A stretch of 42,176 nt of DNA from Acidimicrobiia bacterium (GTDB lineage Bacteria > Actinomycetota > Acidimicrobiia > Spongiisociales > ZC4RG35): assembly GCA_046565785.1 (NCBI GenBank), contig JBKHXZ010000187.1, positions 1 to 42,176 on the forward strand. The letters are read 5' to 3'. Both the position numbers and the translations under genes were made by a program. Below, one piece after another: positions 29,237 to 40,266 of this stretch. Position 1 is the first letter of the stretch, and each line of letters opens with the position of its first letter. Below the pieces are notes generated by a model. That model ran no database searches. It worked only from the letters and a program-made list of their open reading frames with translations, and was not told the origin of the DNA.

Positions 29237-30358
29237 TCAGCTGTGCGGGTTCCCGAGGTACGGGAACACCGTCAGGTAGTCGTCGTGCGGTCCGACGCCG
29301 TCGGAGTTGATGGCTCCATCGGCATCCCGGTCCCCGAACAACCCCAGCGGGTCACCTCCGGTGACGATCCGCAACTCGATGTCGATGACATCGTCCGCCA
29401 GCGCACGGCCGTTGAGCGGACCCACTGCCTCGGTCGCCGTGTCGTACCGGAGCACGTCCGGCAACAACACTCCGGCCAGAGCCACGAGCTGGTCGTTGCT
29501 GTACGGACCTTCGGTGTCGAGCGACGAAAACGCGGTCAGGGCTGCAGCCGCCGCCGGGATGAACTGGGCGTCGTCCTTGGGATGGCTGGCGTTGAACAGC
29601 GCCTTGTTGGCGGGATCGGCGTTGACGATCGGGCCGGTCGAGTTGACCACCGTGTTGATCGCCGGACGACCCATCCGGTCGGCCTGCTGCCAGACACCTT
29701 CGGCGTTGGGGGCACTGGTGGTCGCCCACACCGCGATCTGGCCACCGAGAACCTCGTCCGGCACCTCGATCACGATCGCCAGCACGTTGAGGTTGGCGAA
29801 GAAGTCGGTCGGGTCGTCGCCGAACGCGTCGTCGCCCGCTGCTTCGACCGTGCCGAGGAACCCGGTGAGGTCGAAGAAGAACGGGTCGGAACGCAGGCCG
29901 GCGAACACCTGTCCGCCGTCACGCAGCGCCAGGGTCTGGCCGACATCACCGCGAGCGATGAGCTTGCCATCGGGCTCGAGGCTGGTGGCGTCATCGCCGG
30001 TGGCCATCCGCACTTGCACCATCTGCGGGTTCGGTCCCCGATCGATGAAATCGAACTGGAACGTGACGTCTTCGATGGTGTCCCCGTCGTTGTCGATCCG
30101 AAGTTGGTATCCGGCGACGTCCTTGTGGGCGAAGTCGGTCCCGGCGATCACACCGGCGGCGGGTGCCACGGTCATGGCCAGTACGGTGTTCGACGGGTCG
30201 GATCCTTCGAACGCGTACAGGTCGTTTATGTCGGTCTGGGCGTCGCCGGCGGCGGGACTGTCCAGATGGTCGGCGGCGCCGGCACCGGCGATCGGCGCGG
30301 CGAGTGCGAGCACCAGGCCAGCGACCAACGCGGGGCGGGCCCATGGTCTCTTTCTCAT
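29237..30358 (-). CDS. DUF4331-family secreted protein
   Basis: Signal peptide then ADHLDSP, DINDLYAF, VFAGLRSDPFFFDL, DRMGRPAINT, NGRALADDVIDIEL, FPYLGNPH (motifs recognised from memory). Confidence 0.85.
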   Translation of the reverse strand: MRKRPWARPALVAGLVLALAAPIAGAGAADHLDSPAAGDAQTDINDLYAFEGSDPSNTVLAMTVAPAAGVIAGTDFAHKDVAGYQLRIDNDGDTIEDVTFQFDFIDRGPNPQMVQVRMATGDDATSLEPDGKLIARGDVGQTLALRDGGQVFAGLRSDPFFFDLTGFLGTVEAAGDDAFGDDPTDFFANLNVLAIVIEVPDEVLGGQIAVWATTSAPNAEGVWQQADRMGRPAINTVVNSTGPIVNADPANKALFNASHPKDDAQFIPAAAAALTAFSSLDTEGPYSNDQLVALAGVLLPDVLRYDTATEAVGPLNGRALADDVIDIELRIVTGGDPLGLFGDRDADGAINSDGVGPHDDYLTVFPYLGNPHS

Positions 30359-30408
30359 TGTCTACTCCCTGTCTCCACGGCCGTGTGTCGGCCGTTCTCC
30401 AGGGATGG

Positions 30409-30435
30409 TTCGGACCCGAGCCCCCGGCGGATTGG
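30409..30435 (-). promoter_or_regulatory. SigK-type promoter of the DUF4331 operon
   Basis: Minus strand CCAATCC-gccgggggctcgggt-CCGAAC. Confidence 0.8.
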
Positions 30436-30441
30436 TCCGCG

Positions 30442-30550
30442 TTCTTAGCGAGCCAGCGCGCGAAAAATCGCGCGATCTGCATGCCAAAACGCGAGTCCGG
30501 ATTTCTGGCACGCGAAACGCGCGATTTTTCGCGCGCTCATTCGCTAAGAA
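30442..30550. repeat. REP-like family B long palindrome
   Basis: ttcttagcga..agcgcgcgaaaaatcgcgcg..tgcca / tggca..cgcgcgatttttcgcgcgct..tcgctaagaa. Confidence 0.85.
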
Positions 30551-30587
30551 TCCGGTGGTCTCCGGTGGTCTCCGGTGGTCTCCGGTG
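30551..30587. repeat. 10-bp tandem repeat (tccggtggtc) x3.7
   Basis: tccggtggtc tccggtggtc tccggtggtc tccggtg, directly after the hspR stop. Confidence 0.9.
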
Positions 30588-31031
30588 TCAGTCCCGGGTG
30601 AGGTCGGGGAGCATTTCGGAGCGGAGCATCAGCTCGTGGCGGTAGGAGGCGTGGATCTCACGCGCCTCGCGGGCGGCTGCTTCTCGGGTCTTCTCCAGCT
30701 GCTCCTCCAGCGCTTCGACCTTGCCCTGCAACCGGGCGATCTCGTTCTGCAACTCCATCACCTTGTGCACGCCTGCCAGGTTGAGGCCCTGTTCGGTCAT
30801 CTCCTGGATCAGTGCCAGCCGGTCGATGTCCTCCTGGGAGTAGCGGCGGGTGCCGCTCGGCGTGCGGTACGGGTCGATCAGACCCTTTCGCTCGTAGATC
30901 CGGAGCGTCTGCGGATGCATTCCGGCCAGTTCCGCCGCCACCGAAATGACGAACACCGCCCGCTGGGACGGGGCAGCCTCCTCTGGCTCCTCGTCGACCA
31001 CGTCGGGTTCGAGCGGTTCATCTCTGGCCAT
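30588..31031 (-). CDS. hspR: Heat-shock repressor HspR (MerR family)
   Basis: [42 protein letters not shown]; last gene of the dnaK operon. Confidence 0.95.
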   Translation of the reverse strand: MARDEPLEPDVVDEEPEEAAPSQRAVFVISVAAELAGMHPQTLRIYERKGLIDPYRTPSGTRRYSQEDIDRLALIQEMTEQGLNLAGVHKVMELQNEIARLQGKVEALEEQLEKTREAAAREAREIHASYRHELMLRSEMLPDLTRD

Positions 31032-31037
31032 GACGGA

Positions 31038-32165
31038 TCATCCTCGCAGGTGCGCCCGCAGGTCCTCGGGATCGTACGTCCCGAGTTGTTCCAGCAGCTT
31101 CTTCACGTCCCGCCCCGGTTTGGAGGGCACGACGATCTCGGTCTTCACCAGCAGGTCGCCGGGTTTTCCGCGTGAAGACGAGACTCCGCGGCCGCGCACC
31201 CGGAAGGTCTTGCCGCTGGTTGTCCCGGCGGGGATCTTCAGGGTGACCGGGTCCTCCATCGTCGGCACTTCGAGTTTCGTTCCGAGTGCCGCCTCGGAGA
31301 AGGTGATCGGCACGGTGAGCGTCAGGTCGTCGCCTTTGCGTCCGAACAGCGGATGCGGTTCGACGCTGACCGTGACCAGCAGGTCCCCAGGCGGTCCCCC
31401 ATTGCGGCCCGGTCCTCCCTTGCCGGGTAGTCGGATGGTGGCGCCGTCCTTCACCCCGGCCGGGATCCTCACCTTGATGTCCCTGGTTCGAGTTTCGGTG
31501 CCCCGTCCACGGCAGATCCCGCACGGCTGTTCGATCAGCCGTCCGGCTCCCCTACATTGGGGACAGGTCTGGGGGAAGGCGAACAGACCCTGGCTCTGGG
31601 CGACCTGTCCCGCCCCGTTGCAGGTGGGACAGGTCGTGATCGAGGTTCCCGGCTCGGCGCCGGAGCCACCGCATCGCGAGCATGCCGTCTCGCCGCGTAC
31701 CGTGACGGTCGTCGTCACGCCCCGGAAGGCGTCCTCGAAGCTCATGTGGAGGGTGGCGGTGTGGTCGGCCCCACGGCGGGCGGTTTGCCGTCGTGAAGTC
31801 GTCCCGCCGAAACCACCGAACAGGTCGCCGAGACCACCGCCGAACACGTCGCTCAGGTCCTCGACCCGGATGCGTTGTCCGCCCGCCCCGAACGGGTTGC
31901 CGGCGCCACCGGCGAATCCGACGAACCCGGAGGCACCCAGCCGGCGGACCTCGTCGTATTCTTTCCGTCGCTCTTCGTTCCCGAGCACTCCGTACGCTTC
32001 GGAGATCTGTTTGAACCGTTCCTCGGCGGCGGCGTCCCCCGGGTTGGCGTCGGGATGGAGCTTCTGGGCGAGCTTGCGGTAGGCGCGCTTGATCTCCTCG
32101 GTGGTGGCGTCCTTCGACACCCCGAGGATCTGATAGAAGTCCTTCTCGAGCCAATCCTGATTCAC
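31038..32165 (-). CDS. dnaJ: Chaperone DnaJ
   Basis: J-domain with HPD, G/F region, four CxxCxGxG zinc fingers. Confidence 0.97.
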   Translation of the reverse strand: MNQDWLEKDFYQILGVSKDATTEEIKRAYRKLAQKLHPDANPGDAAAEERFKQISEAYGVLGNEERRKEYDEVRRLGASGFVGFAGGAGNPFGAGGQRIRVEDLSDVFGGGLGDLFGGFGGTTSRRQTARRGADHTATLHMSFEDAFRGVTTTVTVRGETACSRCGGSGAEPGTSITTCPTCNGAGQVAQSQGLFAFPQTCPQCRGAGRLIEQPCGICRGRGTETRTRDIKVRIPAGVKDGATIRLPGKGGPGRNGGPPGDLLVTVSVEPHPLFGRKGDDLTLTVPITFSEAALGTKLEVPTMEDPVTLKIPAGTTSGKTFRVRGRGVSSSRGKPGDLLVKTEIVVPSKPGRDVKKLLEQLGTYDPEDLRAHLRG

Positions 32166-32168
32166 GGT

Positions 32169-32764
32169 CTAGCTGCGTTCTTCCAATGCGACGAGGGCTG
32201 CCCGCAGGACCCGGCCGCGCAGGGCGTATCCCCGGCGCAGTTCCTGGGCCACGATGAGCGGACCGTCGCCACCCGAGGTCATGACCGCCTCGTGCACTTC
32301 CGGATCGAACGGTTCACCGACGGTCTGGATCGGTTCCAGGCCCTCCTTGGCGAGGACGTCCATCAGCTGGGCATGGGTGCCGCGCATCCCGCGCAGGAGC
32401 TGTTCTTCGGTCTCGGTGGTCGGCTCGATCGCCAGGGCGGCGTCGAAGCTGTCCAGAACCGGAAGCATGTTGACCAGCACCCGTTCCGCTGCACGATCCA
32501 CGATGTGCTGTTGGTCGCGTACCGCCCGTTTGCGAAAGTTGTCGAAGTCCGCCGCCACTCGCCGCAGATCATCGAGGTAGGTGCCCGCTTCGGCCCGTGC
32601 TTCGTGCACGGCGGCGAGCAGCACCTGCTTGGCCTCCTCCGGGTCGTCGGGCAGGTCGATCCCGAGCGCTTCTGCGGAAAGGACGGGCGAGGCGTGCGAC
32701 TCGGTCGCCTCCTCGCCTTCCTCGCCCGTCAATGGCTCATCGGTGGTGAGCTCGTGGTCGGCCA

Positions 32765-32765
<1 letters not shown>
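32169..32765 (-). CDS. grpE: Nucleotide exchange factor GrpE
   Basis: ADFDNFRKR, LPVLDSF, FDPEVHEAV, GY.L..RVLRAALV. Confidence 0.96.
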
Positions 32766-34594
<1,829 letters not shown>

Positions 34595-34639
34595 GGGATG
34601 GGGCTCCTTTCCAAGTCGATTTCAGGGAGATCGCGAGAT

Positions 34640-34684
34640 CTTGAGTATGTACAGACGGTACAACCTGAGTCACCCATTGTCATA
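34640..34684. promoter_or_regulatory. HAIR-like sites in the dnaK/lon divergent promoter
   Basis: CTTGAGT half-site (34640-34646) and CCTGAGT-N7-TGTCATA (34664-34684). Confidence 0.6.
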
Positions 34685-34754
34685 TTTCCGAAAACTTGGA
34701 ATAGTTGCCCGTCGACAGCGTTCGTGTAATGACGATTACGGCCTGAGGAGATCC

Positions 34755-37046
34755 ATGCCCAACACCACCCAGCTCTCCCTCCCGGTGCTCCCGCTGCGCA
34801 ACGGCGTCGTGTTCCCCCACATGACGGTGACCCTGCGGATCGAGACCGCCGAGGGTCGCACCGCCATCGCCGCCGCCGAACGGGTCGACGGACGTCTGCT
34901 GTTGGTTCCCCGCATCGACGGTCGGTACGCCAGCGTCGGCACGTTGGCCGAGATCCAAGACGCCGACGACGACGGAAACGTCGTCGTCTCCGGCATGGCC
35001 CGTGCCCGGGTCGGAGCCGGATCCACCGACGAGACCGGAGCCCTGTGGGTGGAGGCCGAGGCGTATCCGGAAGTGGACATGGTCGACGAGGAGCTCGACC
35101 AACTGGTTGCCGAGTATCGGGCAGTGGTCACCGAAGTCCTCGACCATCGGGGGATCGGGGCGGTCGCGGAGCGGATTCTCGGCATGGAGAACCCGAGCCA
35201 GCTCGCCGACCTCGCCGTGTACTCGCCCGACCTGACTCTTGCCCAGAAAGTGCAGCTGTTGGAGACGCTCGACATTCGTCAGCGTCTCGGCCTGCTGCTC
35301 GACTGGATGCGCGAGGTGCTGGGGACACTCGAACTCCGCCGCAAGGTGCGGGACCAGGCCGCCGAGAACATCGACAAGTCACAGCGCGAGTACGTACTGC
35401 GCCAGCAGATGGAAGCGATCCGCAAGGAACTGGGCGACGAGTCGGACACCGCCTCCGAGTACCGGGCGAAACTCGCCGAGCGCACGCTTCCCGAACACGT
35501 TCTCGAGGCCGTCACTCGCGACATCGACCGTTTGGAACGGATGAGCGAACAGTCTCCCGAGCATTCGTGGATCCGTACCTGGCTGGACACCGTGTTGGAC
35601 ATCCCCTGGGAGACGTCCACCGAGGACCGCCTCGATCTGGACGAAGCGTGGGCGGTGCTGGACACCGATCACACCGGACTGGTGGACGTCAAGGAGCGGA
35701 TCGTCGAATACCTGGCGGTGCGCAAGCTCCGTGCCGAACGCGGCCTGGACAAGGACGACAACCGGGACGGGGCCATCCTGTTGTTGGTCGGTCCTCCCGG
35801 CGTCGGCAAGACCTCGCTGGGCGAATCCGTCGCCCGGGCGCTCGGCCGGCAGTTCGTGCGAGTGGCGCTGGGCGGGGTCAGAGACGAAGCCGAGATCCGC
35901 GGTCACCGTCGCACCTACGTCGGCGCTCGGCCCGGGCGGGTGGTGCGGGCTCTGATCGAGGCCGGTTCGATGAACCCGGTGTTCCTGTTGGACGAGATGG
36001 ACAAGGTGGGCAACGATTGGCGGGGTGACCCCTCCTCGGCGCTGCTGGAGGTGCTCGACCCCGCCCAGAACCACACCTTCCGGGACCACTATCTCGAGTT
36101 CGACCTCGACCTGTCCCAGGTGGTGTTCATCGCCACCGCCAACGTGGTCGAGACGATTCCCGCCCCACTGCTGGACCGCACCGAAGTCATCCGGATCGAC
36201 GGCTACACCGACGCCGAGAAAGTGGACATCGCCCGGGACCATCTGCTGCCCCGCCAGGTGCGCAGCGCGGGTCTCGAGCCGGAGGAGATCACCGTGACCT
36301 CTGAGGCGCTGTCGGCCGTCGTCGACCGCTACACCCGGGAGGCCGGGGTCCGCAACCTCGAACGACAGCTCGGCAAGCTGGCTCGCAAGGTCGCCACCCA
36401 GGTGGCCCGCGGTGGTGACGGTCATGTCGTCGTCGACCGGGACGACGTCGTCACCTATCTGGGGAAGCCCAAGGTGTGGAAGGACGAAGCCAAGGACCGC
36501 ACCGACGTGCCAGGAGTGGCAACCGGGCTGGCGGTGACCGGAGCCGGGGGCGATGTGCTCTTCGTCGAAGCGTCGGTCACCGACGGGGAACGGGGCCTCA
36601 CCCTCACCGGCCAGCTGGGCGATGTGATGAAAGAGTCTGCGCGTATCGCCCTCACCTATCTGGAAGCCAACGCCGAACGGATCGGCATCGCCCCGGACGC
36701 GCTCGACGGACGGGTCCACCTCCACGTCCCCGCAGGAGCGGTTCCCAAGGACGGGCCGTCCGCCGGTATCACCATGACCACCGCCCTCGCCTCGCTCCTG
36801 ACGGGCCGCAAGGTGCGGGGAGAGGTCGGGATGACCGGCGAGGTGACACTGCAGGGCAAGGTGCTTCCGATCGGCGGGGTGAAACAGAAGGTGCTCGCCG
36901 CACACCGTGCCGGACTCACCGAGGTGATCCTGCCGGAACGCAACGAGGTGGATCTCGACGACGTACCCGACCACGTGCGGGCGGAGATGACCTTCCACAT
37001 CGCCTCGACGATCGACGATGTGCTGGCGGTGGCCCTGGAGACGTGA
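34755..37046 (+). CDS. lon: ATP-dependent protease La (Lon)
   Basis: [14 protein letters not shown]-domain, [17 protein letters not shown], catalytic [15 protein letters not shown]; GAGGAG RBS. Confidence 0.97.
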   Translation: MPNTTQLSLPVLPLRNGVVFPHMTVTLRIETAEGRTAIAAAERVDGRLLLVPRIDGRYASVGTLAEIQDADDDGNVVVSGMARARVGAGSTDETGALWVEAEAYPEVDMVDEELDQLVAEYRAVVTEVLDHRGIGAVAERILGMENPSQLADLAVYSPDLTLAQKVQLLETLDIRQRLGLLLDWMREVLGTLELRRKVRDQAAENIDKSQREYVLRQQMEAIRKELGDESDTASEYRAKLAERTLPEHVLEAVTRDIDRLERMSEQSPEHSWIRTWLDTVLDIPWETSTEDRLDLDEAWAVLDTDHTGLVDVKERIVEYLAVRKLRAERGLDKDDNRDGAILLLVGPPGVGKTSLGESVARALGRQFVRVALGGVRDEAEIRGHRRTYVGARPGRVVRALIEAGSMNPVFLLDEMDKVGNDWRGDPSSALLEVLDPAQNHTFRDHYLEFDLDLSQVVFIATANVVETIPAPLLDRTEVIRIDGYTDAEKVDIARDHLLPRQVRSAGLEPEEITVTSEALSAVVDRYTREAGVRNLERQLGKLARKVATQVARGGDGHVVVDRDDVVTYLGKPKVWKDEAKDRTDVPGVATGLAVTGAGGDVLFVEASVTDGERGLTLTGQLGDVMKESARIALTYLEANAERIGIAPDALDGRVHLHVPAGAVPKDGPSAGITMTTALASLLTGRKVRGEVGMTGEVTLQGKVLPIGGVKQKVLAAHRAGLTEVILPERNEVDLDDVPDHVRAEMTFHIASTIDDVLAVALET

Positions 37047-37076
37047 CAGGCTGGACGCTCGGCAGGAGGTAATCGG

Positions 37077-37574
37077 ATGGAGCCCGTCGACCTGATCGTG
37101 ACCGTGGTGCGAGTGTGGGCCGGGGTGGTGATGATCGCTCACGGACTGAACCATGCCCGCAACCTGGACGGAACCGCCAAATGGTTCGGCAAGGTCGGTT
37201 TCAAGGCGGCGCGACGTCAGGCGCAGGTGTCGGCGTTCGGCGAACTCGCCATCGGCGCTTCGCTGGTCCTCGGGTTGCTCACCACCTTCGGGGCGTTCGG
37301 TCTGGTGGCGGTGGTCTCGGTCGCCTTCTGGTCGATCCACCGCTTCGCCGGGTTCTTCGTCTTCGCCCGTCCCGACGAAGGGTACGAGTACGTGGTGACG
37401 TTGAGCCTGGCGACGGTGCTGGTGGCGACTCTCGGGCCTGGTCCGTTCTCGATCGACGCTGTGCTCGGCATTGCCGACCAGTTGAACGGGTGGACCGGTC
37501 TGCTGATCGCCGCCGGCGGGGTGGTCGCCGCCGCCGGCCAGCTAGCCCTCACCTGGCGCAAACCCACCGCCTGA
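37077..37574 (+). CDS. DoxX family membrane protein
   Basis: RVWAGVVMIAHG, ELAIG..LVLGLLT, H...GFF....GYEY, GPGPFSID; AGGAGG RBS. Confidence 0.88.
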   Translation: MEPVDLIVTVVRVWAGVVMIAHGLNHARNLDGTAKWFGKVGFKAARRQAQVSAFGELAIGASLVLGLLTTFGAFGLVAVVSVAFWSIHRFAGFFVFARPDEGYEYVVTLSLATVLVATLGPGPFSIDAVLGIADQLNGWTGLLIAAGGVVAAAGQLALTWRKPTA

Positions 37575-37575
37575 A

Positions 37576-37700
37576 CGAAACCCTGGGTTTCCCACCTTGT
37601 AGAGCGCGGACTCGCCGCATCGGTTTGAGATGCCTCTTGTGGCCGCCTGAAACTGGTGCACTGAACCCGCGTCATACAAGGCCGGAAACCCAGGGTTTCG
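37576..37700. repeat. REP/MITE-like family A, 125-bp palindrome between convergent genes
   Basis: Perfect 17-bp terminal IR cgaaaccctgggtttcc / ggaaacccagggtttcg, extended by ccttgta..cgcgg / ccgcg..tacaagg. Confidence 0.88.
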
Positions 37701-37712
37701 AAGCTGGGTGGG

Positions 37713-38170
37713 CTAGTTGAGGGGGTCTTGGAGGTCGCCGATCAGGGCGTCTACTGCCTGTTCGATCAGGTCGTACATGTGCTCGTAGGCGGCGTCCGGC
37801 TTGCCCCACGGGTCAGGGACCTCGCCCCCGCCGACATACGACATGAGCGACCGCAGTCGAGCCGGTGATGCATCAGGGGCGATGCGCCGGGCGTTGGTGA
37901 GGTTCGATTCGTCATGGTGAGGATCAGGTCGAACCGGTCGAAATCGTCACGCCGGAGCTGACGGGCGTTCCCTTCCACGACGTAGCCGCGGCGTTCGCCG
38001 ACTGCCACCGACTTGGGATGCGGCGGTTCCCCCACGTGATACGACCCGGTTCCGGCAGAGTCGACTTCGATGTCCAAACCCGCTGCCTCGCCTTTGGCGC
38101 GGATGACGGCTTCGGCCGCCGGAGAGCGGCAGATGTTGCCCAGGCAGACGGTGAGGATGCGGAAACTCAT
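37713..38170 (-). pseudogene. Low-molecular-weight protein-tyrosine phosphatase, frameshifted near 37913
   Basis: P-loop VCLGNICRSP, DSAGTG.YH, ARQL; restoring one G (ATG[G]AC) gives MDESNL...EVPDPWG...YDLIE, ending at TAG 37713. Confidence 0.85.
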
Positions 38171-38298
38171 TCTCGAACCGTATCCGCGCAGTTCATCGGG
38201 CCGAAACGAGAACCCGCCATATTCGCGTCATGAGGCGGTATGCTAACTATTGCAAGCGCAGGCGTTCGCCGGTGCCCGCCTCCTGAGGAGGTTCAAGA

Positions 38299-38931
38299 AT
38301 GCACGCTTCCCATCTCTCTGTTGTCCGTCGTCCGGTGGTGCGGGCGATCACCCGCCATGGTTTCGGGGTCGAGTTGCGTCCTGTGACGCCCGACGACAAG
38401 CCCCTGCTAGCGGACGGATTCGCCCGCCTGTCCGAACGCGCCCGCTATCTCCGATTCCTCGCGCCCGCCGATCGTCTCACGCCGGCACAGTTGGCATACC
38501 TGTCCGAAGTCGATCATCACGATCACGTCGCCTGGGGTGCACTGGAGAACGATGCCGCGGTGGGGGTCGGCAGGCTCGTGCGGTACGAAGACGATCCGTC
38601 CTCGGCCGACGTCGCGCTCACCGTTCTCGACGAGTATCAGGGGCGTGGGGTCGGGCGGCTGCTGATCGAAGTGTTGGGCGTGTGCGCTCGAGCGCGTGGC
38701 GTCGGACAGCTTCACTTCGACGTGCTGGCGGAGAACGCTGCCATGCTCGGTCTCTTGCGAACACTCGGGGCGATCAGAACCGACACCGGGGAGATCGTGC
38801 ATCTGGTGGCCGACGTCGGACGGATCCCCGCCCCCGACATCGTCGAAGGCGACCTGATCGGGCTGCTGGAAGCCGCCCGCCGTCAGGCGTCGGACGGGTC
38901 CAGTTCCAAACTCAGCGAGTTCACGCAGTAA
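38299..38931 (+). CDS. GNAT family N-acetyltransferase
   Basis: ELRPVTPDD, LSERARYLRF, VDHHDHVA, YQGRGVGRLL, VLAENAAM; overlaps the msrB 3' end by 49 bp. Confidence 0.88.
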   Translation: MHASHLSVVRRPVVRAITRHGFGVELRPVTPDDKPLLADGFARLSERARYLRFLAPADRLTPAQLAYLSEVDHHDHVAWGALENDAAVGVGRLVRYEDDPSSADVALTVLDEYQGRGVGRLLIEVLGVCARARGVGQLHFDVLAENAAMLGLLRTLGAIRTDTGEIVHLVADVGRIPAPDIVEGDLIGLLEAARRQASDGSSSKLSEFTQ

Positions 38932-39281
38932 CGAAGTCCGGTCGGCCGCGGGCCGTCTGGGAACAGGTGTCCGAGGTGGCCCCCACAGTTGCGGCACACG
39001 ATCTCGGTGCGGACCATGCCGTGGGAGGTATCGGGCCGTTCCTCGATGGCGTCGGGGTCGAGAGCCGCGTAGAAGGACGGCCAGCCCGAGCGCGAGTCGT
39101 ACTTGGCATCCGACGAGAAGAGTTCGGCACCGCAGCCGGCGCACTTGTAGGTGCCGGGCCGCTTCTCATCGACGTACTCGCCGGTGAACGCTCGCTCGGT
39201 GGCACCCAGACGCAGCACCTGGAATCGGTCGGGATCGAGGCGGATGCGCCACTCGTCCTCAGTTGTGGGAAGCTCGCTCAT
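38883..39281 (-). CDS. msrB: Peptide-methionine (R)-S-oxide reductase
   Basis: TERAFTGEY, CAGC, KYDSRSGWPSF, RTEIVCRNCGGHLGHLFPDGP, RYCVNS. Confidence 0.96.
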   Translation of the reverse strand: MSELPTTEDEWRIRLDPDRFQVLRLGATERAFTGEYVDEKRPGTYKCAGCGAELFSSDAKYDSRSGWPSFYAALDPDAIEERPDTSHGMVRTEIVCRNCGGHLGHLFPDGPRPTGLRYCVNSLSLELDPSDA

Positions 39282-39307
39282 GAGTCGAACTTACCGGCCG
39301 GAGGCCG

Positions 39308-39760
39308 TTATCGGCCCTGGCCGAGTGCCGACTTCAGTCTCTCGTAATACTCGGCCTGGGCTGGGTTCAACAGGGATGTGGCCTCGGTCGCCCCGCACCA
39401 CCGGACTACGTCGATCTCGGGGATGGTCATCGGCTTTCCCCGAAACTCGATGGTGATCTTCCCCGGCCGCAACGTAGCCGGGTCGAGCGCAGCCTCGAAC
39501 GCCCACGCCACGATCGTCTTCCCCGCCTTCTGGGTCACCTCGCCGAGATCGATGTAACCGTGATCCGGTGTCGGTCAGCCGGTCTCTTCGGTGAACTCAC
39601 GACGGGCCGCGGCGAGTGGATCCTCCCCAATTGCGATCTCCCCCTTGACGATCGACCAGGCACCGGCCTCACGACGCGCCCAAAACGGGCCGCCCGGATG
39701 GGCGATGAGGATCTCCAACTCGTCGGCCAGCCGGTAGGGGACCAGCCCCGCGCTACGCAT
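39308..39760 (-). pseudogene. NUDIX hydrolase with in-frame TGA at 39575-39577
   Basis: SAGL, AHPGGPFW, WSIVKGE, Nudix box AARREFTEETG then * and in-frame PTPDHGYIDLGEVTQKAGK.IVAWAFE...PEID. Confidence 0.82.
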
Positions 39761-39801
39761 GTCCCGACGCTAGATCGGCAGGGCGTCGGTACCGTGGCCG
39801 G

Positions 39802-40230
39802 ATGCAGATCGGACCGACGCCGAAATCCCGGCATCCCTGGGGTGAGGCCGCCACTCCATACGAGGGCCTCGGTGGCGACGAGGGGGTGCGTGCACTGGCG
39901 TGGGCGTTCTACGACCTGGTGGAGGGGACCTCTCCGGTGCTGACCGCCATGCTTCCGGACGACACTGCCGTGTCGCGTCAGAAGCTGTATGAATTCCTCA
40001 GTGGCTGGACCGGCGGCCCACCCCTCTACTGGGAGCGACGTGGACATCCGGCGCTGCGCATGCGACATGCCCCGTTTCCCATCGACGCCCACGCCGCCGA
40101 CGAGTGGGTCCGCTGCATGGATGCCGCCCTCGACCGATGCGGGGTTTCCGGGGAACTGCGGGATTTCCTCTCCCGGGAACTGGGTCGCGCTGCACGCCAA
40201 CTCCAGAATGTCGGGAATACGCAAACTTGA
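39802..40230 (+). CDS. Group II truncated haemoglobin (trHbO-like)
   Basis: YEGLGG, FYDLV, FLSGWTGGPPLY, GHPALRMRH.PF.I, W..CM..AL. Confidence 0.9.
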   Translation: MQIGPTPKSRHPWGEAATPYEGLGGDEGVRALAWAFYDLVEGTSPVLTAMLPDDTAVSRQKLYEFLSGWTGGPPLYWERRGHPALRMRHAPFPIDAHAADEWVRCMDAALDRCGVSGELRDFLSRELGRAARQLQNVGNTQT

Positions 40231-40250
40231 GTCGGGTGTTATCAAGTTTG
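40222..40250. promoter_or_regulatory. HAIR (HspR operator) upstream of hsp20
   Basis: caaaCTTGAGT-cgggtgt-TATCAAGtttg; 12/14 match to CTTGAGT-N7-ACTCAAG, with 9-bp perfect outer IR. Confidence 0.85.
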
Positions 40251-40266
40251 GATGAAAGGAGGTTCC

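Noticed and set aside
30551-30587. CRISPR array
   Set aside because: 10-bp units with no spacers and no cas genes; no repeat-spacer array seen anywhere in the window
34595-34754. CIRCE/HrcA element at the heat-shock promoters
   Set aside because: No TTAGCACTC-N9-GAGTGCTAA match seen; the sites fit HspR instead
38883-38931. 49-bp convergent overlap of GNAT and msrB as a regulatory device
   Set aside because: Short 3' overlaps of convergent genes are common, and the GNAT tail looks like non-conserved run-on
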